A program made the position numbers and the translations under genes. Shown here piece by piece: positions 1 through 12,083 of a stretch of 64,000 nucleotides of DNA. The stretch comes from Callorhinchus milii (lineage: Eukaryota), in contig NW_024704742.1 of assembly GCF_018977255.1 (NCBI RefSeq), forward strand, positions 35,838,001-35,902,000. Direction: 5' to 3'. The notes below the pieces were generated by a model, which was not told the DNA's origin, searched no databases, and saw nothing but the letters and a program-made list of their open reading frames with translations. How positions within the stretch are numbered: position 1 is the stretch's first letter; the number at the start of each line of letters is the position of its first letter.

Positions 1-299
1 TACCATCTTGGCATTTGCACAAGTAAAGAACATTGGAGCAGGAAGTGAGATTTCTGGGAAATAGTATTAAAGAAAGTGAAGCTTATTGATGTTAGTTGAG
101 GGGGGAATAGGACCTCATCTTTTGTCGGACTTTAACTTCACAACTTGCATCTGGAAGACTGAATCTTAAGCCATTACTGGTTGAGTGATAGAAACCTGAA
201 ACAAAAATACCAGTAGACCAACATCGATGTAGCCATTCCCCTCAAACTGATTTGGCCACTGTGGTAATATAGACATTCTTGCAAATCACGTAGATGTCT

Positions 300-408
300 T
301 CAGGAGCACTACAGTTTCTGCAGGCACATTTGGTAGAAAAATTGTCTCAGAAATCTCAACTTTCTGACTCCGAGGCGAGGGTGCTAACAATTAAGCCAAG
401 CTGACACC
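300..408 (-). mobile_element. 5' tRNA-like head of an old SacSINE1-like DeuSINE
   Basis: Reverse complement reads GTCAGCTTGGCTTAATTGTTAGCACCCTCGCCTCGGAGTCAGAAAGTTGAG, matching the heads at 35540 and 63308. Confidence 0.55.
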
Positions 409-1057
409 TAATATTCTTGAAGTGGACTTATTATATACTTGTAAACTAGTTTGGACTCCTTGTGAGATAAATGTATAAATTTACTCTGACTCATGCTAAA
501 TATATAGAAATTATAAAACCACATAAAATGAGACATTCATTTATGCCATCAATCCTGCTATTTTCACTGACCATGCACAATCCATCCAATTTTGAACAAA
601 TAGTTATTAGTCTCCCAAGGGAAAGTTCTACACAATTTCTCTCTTAACCCAAATGCCATTCCTCATATCTCTACTGCAGCAGTCCATCACATTTGGTGAT
701 GTCTTTTTTCACGTGAGTCACCCACTCTCCTAGTTGCTCCCCAGTTCTCAATATCTTTCTTTTCAGCTATCTTTCAATTTGCCTTTTTAAGTAATTCATG
801 GACTCTGCCTTCCATAAAGCAATAGAAAAACGCAGACAATGATTGAAGGTTATTTCTAATTATTCAAACTGGCTTCTTTCCTGCATAAGTCCACACCAGG
901 GAAAAATTATCGAATACAGATATTGGTTTGAAATTAGATTTTTTAGAGGTACGTTTCACACATATAATTCTAAGAAAGTTATATGTTAGCACTTTAGGAT
1001 TTTAATACTGAATTAAAGATTGAAAAAGCTGTTTCAAAGTAGCAAAACAGGATTATT

Positions 1058-1343
1058 ATAATAATAATAATCCTTGCATTTGATATAGCGCTTTTCACGT
1101 CGGGAGGACGTCCCAAAGCGCTTCACAGAACACACTGTAAAGTGAATTGACTGTATATTTGTGGGCGAACGCGGCTGCCAATTGCGCACAGCAATGTCCC
1201 ACAAACAGTCGTAGATTGAAAATGACCAATTTAATTATTGTTTTTGGTTTTTGGAGGGATTATTATTAGGCTCCATGTGGAGTAAGGAAACTTGCCCAAG
1301 GTTTCGCCCTGCCTGGAATTGAACTCAGGTCTCTTACTTGCAA
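1058..1343 (-). mobile_element. tRNA-derived Deu-domain SINE, short subfamily (CTCCC hairpin loop)
   Basis: Near-identical to 45447-45760; Deu core GTGGGACATTGCTGTGCGCAATTGGC, 3' hairpin and (ATT)n tail. Confidence 0.95.
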
Positions 1344-1354
1344 AAATTATATTT

Positions 1355-1572
1355 TGTTATAATGTAGAACAGGCTCCCCAGGGAGACGGTTGAAGCAGGA
1401 AGTGTTGTTTCTTTCAAACACAGATTAGATAGTTTTCTTTCAGGAAATAACATTATGGGATATAGTACATAGGTACTTTGGGACATATGTGCATGCAACT
1501 GCCAGTAAGGTGAAAGGCGAATGAGATGGACCTTGGTCTTTTTTCGTCTAGCATTTCTTATGTTCTTATGTT
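1355..1572 (+). mobile_element. CR1 LINE 3' end fragment
   Basis: CR1-type ORF2 end (AACAGGCTCCCCAGGGAGACGGTTGAAGCAG) and terminal TTCTTATG repeats. Confidence 0.8.
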
Positions 1573-2317
1573 ATTTTTCTTAGCTCAAGCTGAACCCTAG
1601 TTACCTGAAGTCAATGTGATGTCTGAATAGAACTGCACTAAAATCTATTTGAGATTTTGAAAGAATCTCTGAAAATTGCTTGTTGTAAGAAATGAGGCTT
1701 GCTGAAAAACACACGCATGAAAAGTCTTAAGTTTTATTTGAGCTTCAATAACTATTTTAAATTTAGAGAGAAGCAACATTTTTTAACATTACCATAATTT
1801 GTAAAATTATATTATAGTTTCTGAAACCCATTATTACCAGGGTTGGGCAATGATCCTTTCAAGTCTATAATTTTATCCTGTAGGGAGTTTTTTACTGAAA
1901 CCTAAATTAATACCCTGGACTTAAATTTAAAGAAACACTAGTGCTATTGTAAACTGCATTTAAATTGTGTCCAAACCCCAATACCACATTCCTTTGCTTA
2001 TCATAAAATGCATATTATGTGGAATGACTTAAATCAAAGAAGAAACTAATATTCTTCAAACATTACAATTAATAATGTTGGAATGTAATGTGCTGATTTC
2101 TTAAAGAGGCAAAGGTATAAGGAATATTTATTGAACACTGGTAAAATTATTTCCAAGCAGGTAGAGAGAAGTTACATTTGATGTTACAAAAACAAATGTC
2201 GGTATAAATTTGAGATAGGGTGTGGAAGATTTCAGCCTCACACAGAGAAATTATTTTTAAATCTCAGCTGGAGATAATGTTCAAAATATGATTTAGGATA
2301 AGTGAATGAATTTTTGC

Positions 2318-2685
2318 CAAAATTCTCCCTTTTCTCTTCTCTGTTCTCCTTTTATGAAGTCGCTGACCTCTGCTGGTTTAGGATTCCACAGTCGCCCAGA
2401 CTGTGGTCATTCTTGAATTATGAGCTTAAGGAGTTAAGTATGTGCAGGCCATTCGATCCTCAAGTTCACAGCCCAGTCTGATCCTGTTCTCACCCAATAT
2501 TCACACAAACACACTCCTTCCAACAGAGGTGTTTTATGATGATCAGGAGCCAGAACATCGGTACTTTTCCCCTTTTACCCGAAGAGCTATGGAACCGTAG
2601 CATCCCAAATACTTCTAAAGCTGAAATAACTAACTCAGCATAGACCAGGAAATCAACACGCAACCTTCTGGTACGGTTTGGTCTG
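2318..2685 (-). mobile_element. AmnSINE2-like ancient SINE, near full length
   Basis: Reverse complement is colinear with the remembered AmnSINE2 consensus (GGTCTATGCTGAGTTAG, GCTCCTGATC, GGGTGAGAACAGGATCAG, AAGAATGACCAC, GTGGAATCC, GGGAGAATT); homologous to 10860-11170. Confidence 0.65.
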
Positions 2686-2689
2686 GTCA

Positions 2690-3060
2690 AACAAGAGTTT
2701 GGATGAAGAAGGCCCTCAGCCCAATTGATCTCATTCTTCCAAAATACCCACTCTACCATCCTCCCATAACAACATCAAACTGTGTATTAGGTCCAGGTTC
2801 CCTGCCTCAACCACTCTTTCTGGTATCCTATTCTTGTCAATAATTACTCATTGTCTGGCTTGAACTGTTGTTTAAAACCCTCATCTACACTCTCCTTTCA
2901 TCAGCTTAATTTCTACTTTTAAGAAAATGTCATCATTATGACCTCTTATCCTGTATTTCCCAACCAGAGTGAAGAGCCATTTCCTATTTACTTTGTCCAT
3001 ACTCTTCATTTCTTGGGGAGAAGGCAGTTTACTCAGTGTCTCAACACAGTTGGGTTATTC
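2690..3060 (-). mobile_element. CR1 LINE 3' end fragment
   Basis: Reverse complement of the CR1 end at 18230-18290 (GGAAGAATGAGATCA...GGGCCTTCTTCATCCAAAC). Confidence 0.75.
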
Positions 3061-3949
3061 CATTCCAGCCCAGAGGACATATTCAAGCTAACTGAAGATT
3101 TGATCTATGAGAAAGATGTTCATGCAAGCTCCAAAGAAGCCACATTCTTTCTATAGATAATATTTGTGAAGGAAGCTGATATTGTGCCTGCTTACATAAC
3201 CTTATGACAGTGCTTTTGAACAAATTATATGTGAGTGGCATTATATATGTAATTGAGCAGGTTATGAGTACAATGAATACAGGAAACAAATGAAAACAAT
3301 ACCAAATTATTTATATGAAATCTGTATTCACCTCATCTTGGTAGTTTTCCAATTCCAGTAAATTAGGGTAAAAATTGTATCTCTTTAATTGAGCACTGCA
3401 AATTCGGATGAATACTTTAACTTCTAAGTATTCCAGCTTCAAAAGAAATGTTCCATGAAGTTCCAATATTTGCACGTAATATTTTTGAGCAGATGTGCAA
3501 AACAGCATTCAGTTGGTCCCACGACATGTGACCACTCCTTTAACACGTGCAGAGTTTTGAATCTGTTTTACTTTCAGCTAATAGGAAAAACCAGACTCTT
3601 TTTGTTTACGTGCGTGCAGCTCTTGAGAAAATCAACAGTTTATGCACTGATTTTCCAGTCTGCTTGTAAACATGATAGATGTGGGCCATGATCTATCCAT
3701 GAAAGGAAAAGCCACATTACTTTTAATATGTACTCTAGCTGCATAATTTACCGCCATATATAATTGCAAAATAAGGTCTGGAAGCGAAAACAGATAAGAC
3801 GTTTGTTTAATCAATACAACTTACTTAAATAAATTGCAATAAAAAAGTATGTTTGGTGGTCACTTAGAAGCTTTCAGAATGAAGAAAGATCTATAAATGA
3901 GTGTACAGTATATCACACCATCAGGTTTTGTCTACAAGCCACAAGAAAG

Positions 3950-4330
3950 CAAGTGGGCTGAGTGGTGTAGTAAGGTTGTAGAAAGGATTTTCACCTCTGG
4001 AATAATTTAAATTAAATGTGACTTTATTAAGTTAAATCATTTTCAACTTACACTCAACGTCTGGCCTAGACTGGAGAAATGAAAGTTGCTTATGTTGTTG
4101 GCTATAAGGCTCCAAAGTTAAATTGTTTAGGAAGTCTCGGTCCAAATACCAATGGGTTTGGGTACACATGACAAAACTGCCCCGAAATTAACTATCAAAC
4201 TGGTGATGGACGATGGACAGGATGTTAATGTTCATAAAAAATGGTGCACTAAAGCAGTAAGGCATCTGCTTCTGAAGATGGGGTTGAGGTATATTACTGA
4301 GGCAGAGTAGAGGCAACTGTCCTGAGGTCT
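3950..4330 (+). mobile_element. LF-SINE-like ancient SINE relic
   Basis: Ordered blocks TTTCACCTCTGG, GTCTCGGTCCA...CACATGACAAAACTGCC and GGGTTGAGGTATATTACTGAGGCAG resemble the remembered LF-SINE consensus. Confidence 0.55.
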
Positions 4331-5082
4331 ATCTTGGGATGGATGGTGTCAGATGAGCCTGTTCTGCTTGTCACTAAATTTAACAATTTGACCGTGTGCG
4401 CTTTTAACAGATTATAATTATAAACACACATCACCAAAGGTGTCAAACAGAAAATAAAGCTTTGGGTCTCAAAAACAGGAAATGGTTGAATTTCCCAGCA
4501 ATAATAACCCTTGCCGCAATAAACATAAAATGCACCCAACAACCCACTCCTCCCCAGAAATATAACTTAATTAAGTGCAACTTGGAAACCATTTTTTTAG
4601 AGTATATGACTAGGATAGGTGAGCATTATTTTTGCAGCTATTTTTCTTTCCAATGTCCAAAACTTGATATCAGAAGTGTAAACATACAAAGAACTCTGCA
4701 GTTTCCAGACCACTTGTGGTATGCTTTGCATTCCTTTATACTATGCTTTTTCCCAGCAATCATTGCTTGGTTGTGTAGCACATGTTAGATCGTGGGTTGG
4801 TGCCATAAAAAATCACTGCAGCTGCACATTTTATGTGTTTTGCTCTGGGATTTGTTTTGGAATAAGTTGCTGATGGAACAAATGTCCTTGATCACATCTA
4901 ACCACTTATTCGTCGTACCTGTTGTCTCCGCTGTCCTCACCCTTGGTTTAAGGTTCCCAGATACTTCCCTAGTCCAGAGGGCAGATTCAAGGCTTTCTTC
5001 CTGTATAATATGGAAGTGTGGAGAGAATGTCAATAGACCAGGATCTGCCTTGTGTAGCTGGTGGCCATTCTGGACATCTAGC

Positions 5083-5520
5083 TACAACAGTAACAACAAC
5101 TTGCATTTATATAGCGCCCTTCACATGGGGGAGTGTCTCAGAGTGCTGAACAATGGTGGATTTTGACGCTGAGCTAGGAAGAAAGAGGGGGTGACCCTAG
5201 GTATGGTCAAAGAGAAAAATCTTCAGGTGAAATTTGAAGTCGGGTAAAGAGGGACAAAGTGTAGATTCCACAGGCTTGAGGTGAAAGCACACCTGCCGAT
5301 GGTGGAGCAGAGGGTCAGGGGAGAAGGCCTAAGCTGGCCGAGCAAATGAGGTGGATAGAGGAGTGGGGAGTGAGCAGCTTGAAGAGGTAGAGGAGTTGCT
5401 AGGGCATGAAGCAATTTGTTAGGTGAGTGTAAGCATCTTGAAATCAATCAATCATTCTGCGACAAGGAGTCAATGGAGACTGGAATGGCATGACATTGTT
5501 TCTGTCAGGATAGTCCAGAC
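5083..5520 (-). mobile_element. L2 LINE 3' fragment (older subfamily)
   Basis: (CAA)n tail, then TTGCATTTATATAGCGCC, then a degenerate L2 ORF2 C-terminus. Confidence 0.8.
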
Positions 5521-5654
5521 AAATGAGCTCTGTCTGTACTGGATCAAACAAGTTTAAGAGGGATCTTCAAAATTCTGAATGGTTCTTAAATATTTTAAAA
5601 GAATAGATGATGAAGGATTATTCTCATTGCTTTGAAAATTAGTAATTAAGTGCT

Positions 5655-6088
5655 ACAGCAACAACTTGGATTTATATAGCGCCCTCCATGCCGGACGGCG
5701 TCTCAGAGCGCTTTACAGTTTCGGGTCCCGGAACCGAGCCAGGGGGAGGGCGGGGAGGGTGACCAAAGGCGCGGTCGAAAAGAAAGGTCTTCAGCAGAGA
5801 CCTGAAAATAGGAAGGGAGGGAGCAAGACGAAGGGAGTGAGGAAGGCAATTCCAGAGCCTTGGAGCATAGTAGCTGAAGGCACGGCCGCCGAGGCTGGAG
5901 CGGAGGACTCGGGGAACAAGGAGGAGGCCAGACTCGAAGGAATAAAGGCAATGGGTGCTGTTTTGAGGAGAGCGGAGGTCAGAGAAGTAGGGGAGTGCAG
6001 AGGAGTGCAGGTATGTGAATACGAGGGTGAAGATTTTGAAGTCAATCCTCTCAGGGATAGGCAGCCAGTGCAGTCTGGCAAGGACAGT
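5655..6088 (-). mobile_element. L2 LINE 3' fragment
   Basis: ORF 5672-6091 [17 protein letters not shown]...GGRAFSYYAPRLWNCLP...FRSLLKTFLF is the L2 ORF2 C-terminus; (TTG)n tail. Confidence 0.95.
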
Positions 6089-7761
6089 CAAGTGCTCTCT
6101 TGACTGTTGTCACTTGATGAGGATCTAGAGCAGGTCCTCTGAGAGAATTCAGCAAGAGATCTGGAACCTCCTCCTGTTGCTCGGGGGCAAACTGTGAAGA
6201 ATGGTCTCTGGATTCCATGTCTTCAGGGCCTCCACACTTAAGCTTTGGCATCTTTTCTCTTATGCCTGTTTTCTTGCCCTCATGCTTTCGGATTTTGATT
6301 CTGGGGAACAGATGGAGATGAATGATGCTTGGAGACGGATTTGAAATGTTTCATTAATTGAGTACGGACTCCACATGAGTAACAGATGTTTTTGCAAAGA
6401 GATACAGAAATAAAAATTCATTTATTTACTTCATGAACAGGAAATAAATATGGACACAAGACATTCCAGATGCAATTTTGGTAGACTTTGCTCGGTATTA
6501 TTGGCAAAAATATTATGTAAGAATTTATGAACAGTCCAGTGACATTTCTTTTTATTTATGAGTCAATTTGAAAAATAACGTATCTAACACTTACCAGACC
6601 GAGCAGACTCCCAGATGTGCTGGCTCCTTGATAGAGAAAATTATAATGCTTGACTATAAATTTCATCTGGCCAACTGAATGCCACATGACTTTATTTGTC
6701 TCAAACAGAACATTTTTTTTGTATGTTAATTTATCCTAGGACACAGTCTATGTATTGGTTTATTTCCTGCATTTCTTATCGCTTAAAAGCCCTGATATTA
6801 CTAATTATGAAATTTGGAAGTCCGTGATACTGTGCTGGAGAAATGCTTCAACTCAATCTAATTTCAGAGTCTGAGAGTTCCGGGCAAGAAAGTAATGTTT
6901 TTTCAGTCAAATGAACTTGGTCAGAAACCTTATGACCTCTTCAACAGATCAGTAATGGAAATCTTAGAAGATTGTTTGATTTCACTGAGCAGTGATAAGA
7001 GGAAAAGAAATTAAGGCACAGGCTGTGAGGAACATCCACAAGTGGAACTGGTCTCCAAAACATAGGCTGAGAAGAGGGCAGCAACAAAAAAGGACGTGTA
7101 GTGAGACCAAGATATTAGCTCTCATTTTCTATATTAGGCAAAAGGATTTTTAAACAACACATTTCCTCTTCCTCAAAAGAGATTCCACAGAATCCAACAG
7201 CTAACCCAGAAACATAGTTTTGTATCTCCTCCTGTCTGGATCATTATCTCCTTCCTTGTCATCCATTCACTTTCAAGCATTGCATCTGATCCTTTATTGT
7301 TGCACTACCTTCTCTTTCATAGCACTTCCTCTTCGTTTCCCTCCTAAAGGCTTTAGCTGAACATGGTCCATATCATTAGTTTTCATCTGAGATAACAACT
7401 TCAGTACTGAACATCATACCCTTGACTTCTGAATCTATCTCATTCATTCCAGGAGCTAGATTTCAGGAGCTTCCTTCATCCACCTTCTAGCTTCCTGGAA
7501 GTCAAAACTGAGATCAGTGCACAAGCCCTAGGAAACTTCTGGGTAGCTGCAGGATTCACATCTTTACAATTCATTTTGCTATTATCTGAAACGGACCAGG
7601 AAAACTAGTTGTGACAATGAGCAGACAAGACTGGTAAAATGTCGATGTGTAGGTGGCATTCACGGAACTCTGTTTGGTTTGGATATTCTTAACATGGTGA
7701 TGGGTTTCTGCGAGTGTCAGACACCCAACTGACCACCCTCCCCAAACCCAGTAACATTGTT

Positions 7762-8030
7762 AATAATAATAATAATCCTTGATAGAACGCCTTCCACATT
7801 CAAAGGACATCTTAAAGTACTTCACAGGATTTTAATGTAAAGTGTAGAGACTATTTTGGAGGCAAAATGCAGGTAAGTTTGCACACCTCAATATACCACA
7901 AGCAGCTATGTTATGAACGATCAATTTTATTTGAGAGATTGCTGGCCAGGCACTGGGAGAAACCCCATTTTCTCTTTTCGAATAGTGTCATGGGATCTTT
8001 AATGCCCACCTGTAAAGGCAGACAGGATTT
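7762..8030 (-). mobile_element. Degenerate SacSINE1-like DeuSINE
   Basis: (AAT)n tail and TGGCCAGGCACTGGGAGAAAC...AATAGTGTCATGGGATCTTTAATGCCCACCTG (reverse Deu domain). Confidence 0.75.
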
Positions 8031-8096
8031 TCCTGTAAAGCTTAAAAATTTATGATAAGGAAAGTAACTACTGGCCTAATCTACTTGAGCGATATA

Positions 8097-8432
8097 TAAT
8101 AATAATAATAATCCTTGCATTTGATATAGCGCCTTATCACGTCTTCGAGATGTCTCAAAGTGCTTCACAAAATATACTGTAAAGTTAATTAACTGTATAT
8201 TTGTGGGCAAAACCTGGCAGCCAATTATGCACAGCCGTGTCGCAGAAAAGGCCATGGATTGAGTGACCAAATTATTATTTTTTTGGAGGGATTATTACCC
8301 CCGTAAAGCGATCCGCCAATCGACTAACAGCCTGGTTCCTACTTACTGCTAGGTAAACAGAGGCGTGTGGAGTAACTTGTCTAACGTTTTGCCCTGCCCG
8401 GAAATCGAACTCAGGTCCTCTCACTTGCGAGT
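8097..8432 (-). mobile_element. tRNA-derived Deu SINE, long subfamily (TCGAA loop)
   Basis: Contains the extra CTGTTTACCTAGCAGTAAGTAGGAACC...GGGGG segment; same tail as the other copies. Confidence 0.95.
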
Positions 8433-10261
8433 ATCCTACTGCAGCAAAGTATCCTACTGCAGTCTCATTCATTAGAAGCATTGTATTACTGCTTAGTTTT
8501 TGTAAGTATCCACGTTGGGGAATATACTGTATCTATGAACCAATATACTGTATCTATAAATGGTCATTTATATAAAGGAGAAATAAGATGTAATCAAGGT
8601 ACTTGTGCTATGATATCTTTTAAACTTACATTTGGGGATGCACTCAGAAACACCCGTTTCTTCTGATGTGCTGAATTGACTGGTTTTCAATGATCATTAA
8701 TCTGCTATTTAATATGTGGATTTTGAATGTCTCAGTTTAAAATCTACCTAAATGTAACCTTTAGCATGTCTATTCATGTCAATAACAACATTTTACAGCT
8801 TTGTGAATGACTCTGACCCTGGCAAAAATCTTTTAAAATACCCTTGCTAGCGGTGAAGTTTGCATAAGATTTAAGATTTAAGGATTGGTTTAGCAGTAAT
8901 TCCAAGATCTGATCAGTTCAGATTACTGAAGGCAAAAGAATTGTTAGGAAGGTTATTGCTTTTAAACTCCTACCCCTTGAGGTTGATATGTGAATAACAA
9001 ACAATCCGGGTGGGAAGTGGAAAGCCAACATAATCCAATTAATCAGAGGATATTGGATGCCTCTTATTCTCCACTGAAGAAGGGAGTTGAATACTTAAAT
9101 GTTCAGCTGTTGCTTCTTAACAATAACTTGACCATTTGCCATTTTTTGCCTGTTGCCAGCAAAAACATCCGCTGCATTTGTTTCACTGCCAGCTCTTCCA
9201 CCCACCTCCCCACCACCCCTTTCCCAATTTATGGGTTCATCAAAATAAACTGCACAGAAACGCTTTTACCTACCCTATCCCAAAGTTGAATTTATGGCTC
9301 TCCAACTACACATTATTACATTGGTGCCAGTCTTGACTGCAAAGTGGATCTGACAAGGTCACTATTTTCAATCTTAAAAAGAAAACCCTTTTTCAGAGTT
9401 AAACAAACTAAACTCCCAGATTATACTGTAATATTCTTGTTGGGTTTACATTAGTCTGGCACTTTAATTAATAACCGAGGCAGTAATATGAATCAAGAGA
9501 ATTTTCTGTTCAGTTAAAGGAATCAACCTGGAAATAATTAAATATAATTACATATTTATATTATATAATCAGTTTTAAGGTAAAATGCACTAAAATTAAA
9601 TACCATTCGAATGAGAAAATTATTGATTTTGTCTTACACAAGTTGAACTAATATTTCTAACCTACAGAGTGTTCACAAAGTCCTGTTGCCCCCATGTTTT
9701 TTTTCTACAGTGCACTTACCAACAACTGAAACATGTGGAAGAATGAAGATACTTGTATTTAGTACAAGTGTTTAACGCTATTTAGACTTCCAGAGAATCG
9801 ATGTGAGGGCTTTCATGGTAGATAATAATCCGTTGCCATGTTCGGTGCAACATCTTCCATAACATGGATGGAGTGATGAGGAAGTTATCAGACATTGTTA
9901 CGCTCAACACATCTGCAGCAGAAAATAAAAAATAATTGTAAGAAATATACATGGGGTAACAGGACTTTGTGAATACCTGTAAATTGGTTTGGCTTAGTTT
10001 TGGTGCAGCCTTCATAAGCACACAATCTGAAGTGAAACTCATTGCCATTTATACCATGCTTTGAATCATGAGCCAGCCCTTAATATTTATCCAACAAGTG
10101 GAATACAACATTGTAATACTTTCATGATGTTTAATACATTACTCTGTTAAATCCATTCTTTGGATCTGAATCATATCCAGCAAAAAAACAAAATGTCACC
10201 CTATATATCTAATAGTAAAGATACAGAACAAACAATGCTGGGTTGAGAACAAAGTTGAGGT

Positions 10262-10469
10262 AAATTCCATCTGGGTCTAGATTTACTTTGTTAACATAGC
10301 ATTTCAGAACATCTATTTTTTTGGCAAATTGTTGAATTAAGTCATTTTTTTCATAGCACTTGAAAGAATGTGAAAACTGGATTCAAATTTAATGCTGTAT
10401 TTAAGAATTTGCCAAATTCTGGATGCACTAAAATACTACATAGAGTAAATCTAGACCCAGGTGGAATTT
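10262..10469. mobile_element. MITE-like palindromic element
   Basis: AAATTCCATCTGGGTCTAGATTTACT versus AGTAAATCTAGACCCAGGTGGAATTT (25/26 inverted match); arms extend imperfectly to about 75 bp. Confidence 0.8.
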
Positions 10470-10583
10470 CTAACCAAGAGTCTTCAATAATGAGAAATTC
10501 AGCCCGTCAAATTTGTTCTCTCCACCACCCATTAACAAACTAATCTATCTTGGACTCTATTCAACCCCTGAGAAACAAGCAAC

Positions 10584-10662
10584 CACATTATTTAAACTCC
10601 GCAAGCACATTATTTAAACTCCATAACCCACATTATTCAAACAACTCACATTATTGAACTCT
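10584..10662. repeat. Minisatellite, 4 copies of about 22 bp, CACATTATT(T/C/G)AA core
   Basis: Cores at 10584, 10606, 10629 and 10647. Confidence 0.85.
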
Positions 10663-10859
10663 GATTGGTTACATTTCACCAATAAAGTGTGCATGGTCTC
10701 AGTAGCATATGAGCTATTGCACGATTCAGAGAATTTGACCCTGTATGTCTGCCTTTATTCCTACATTTTTCCATGTCATTTTAAACAGATTTATTCCATT
10801 AATTTTAAGGACATTATTAACATATCATTAACTGGTGGGAGGACTGCCCCGATGTTGTA

Positions 10860-11170
10860 GGAGGTAGAATTGCAGCTTACAGATCAGGAGTTCAAATCGC
10901 AGTCTGTGTTGAATTTGCTGGTCCCAGCAGATATGTTATAAGGTGAGGCTAAAGTGGCCCAACCTCCCCAGGGTTAAGGAGGCAAAATAGAGCTCGGGGT
11001 TCTGCTCCTTATCCCTCTTCAGCACCCTCTACTGGTTGAGCGCCTCTTTGGCAGTCTAGTGGGGAGACATCAGACTCTTCTGTCACACTACTGCAGTTGA
11101 TTGTGAACAATAACCAAGGACAGAGTAACTGAGGCAACCAGCAACTGGGGAACTGCACCCCAACAAGAGG
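10860..11170 (+). mobile_element. AmnSINE2-like ancient SINE
   Basis: ACAGATCAGGAGTTCAAATC..GTCTGTGTTGAATTTGCTG, GGGTTCTGCTCCTTATC and GGAACTGCACCCCAACAAGAG; homologous to 2318-2685. Confidence 0.65.
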
Positions 11171-11263
11171 GGCCATACCAGGATGTCCTTCTTGTCATTT
11201 ATTTATTGGATCTCACAACAGCATTATCCATACGTCTCATCTTTGAAATATGTAGATATTATT

Positions 11264-11391
11264 CAATTGGCTGCCGCGTTCGCCCACAAATATGCAGTCA
11301 ATTCACTTTACAGTGTCTTCTGTGAAGCGCTTTGGGACGTCCTCCCGACGTGAAAAGCGCTATATCAAATGCAAGGATTATTATTATTATT
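11264..11391 (+). mobile_element. Deu SINE 3' part, short subfamily (CTCCC loop)
   Basis: Near-identical to the 3' part of 45447-45760. Confidence 0.95.
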
Positions 11392-11709
11392 CACATTAAA
11401 TCATTTGCAGTGAATGTGTGTCTCTAACATCCTCGAAAATGATTTCCCATGATCATTTATTCCTCTTCTCAGAAGCACAAGAGTGACTTTATCAGTAAGC
11501 TATGCAACTTTAAAGACAAATGTTTTGATTTATAATGAAATATGTTATCATGCTGACTTGAGTATGAGAACATATTTATCTTATGAAATATACCCAAATA
11601 CTAATTGTATAAATGAAAGGCAGATATTCATTGTAATTGTTTTTTTTCCAATATGTCATCTTAGTCAGAAACTTAGAATTCATTATATTTTGTGCTCATC
11701 GGGATGAGT

Positions 11710-12083
11710 GTTGGAGAATAGAACACATATAGTCATACAGTCTAAATTGACACTCCAATGCAGTGCTGGGGTTGTGTTGCCTTGTTGGAGGTACCATCCT
11801 TTGGATGAAACATTAAACCAAGTTCCCGTCTGCCTCTTCAGGTTGACATTGAAGATGGCCTTTGGCACTACATTGAAAAAACAAGGGAGTTTCTCCAGTG
11901 TTATAACCAGCAATCCCCCAAATAAAATTGGTAATTTGTTTCAAGGCTGAGACATTGCTGTATACAATTGGGCTGCTGTGTTCACTTACAAATACACAGT
12001 AACTCCACATAAATACTGTGAAGCACTTTGGGACATTCTGACATGAAAGCCGTTATCCAAAATGCAAGCATTAATTATTATTA
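11710..12083 (+). mobile_element. SacSINE1-like DeuSINE (older)
   Basis: GGAGGTACCATCCTTTGGATGAAACATTAAACC...GTCTGCCTCTTCAGGTTGAC...GGGAGTTTCTCCAGTG Deu domain and an L2-like tail. Confidence 0.85.

Noticed and set aside
5666..6103. Long plus-strand ORFs over L2 copies (also 41220-42349, 47099-47760 and 51564-52576)
   Set aside because: Antisense or alternate-frame shadows of GC-rich L2 ORF2; not independent genes
6051..6300. Hydrophilic ~75-codon minus-strand frame (IKIRKHEGKK...MPKLKCGG) as a coding exon
   Set aside because: No recognisable homology, it runs into L2, and splicing from the upstream candidate exon creates a stop; kept only as a non-coding exon candidate
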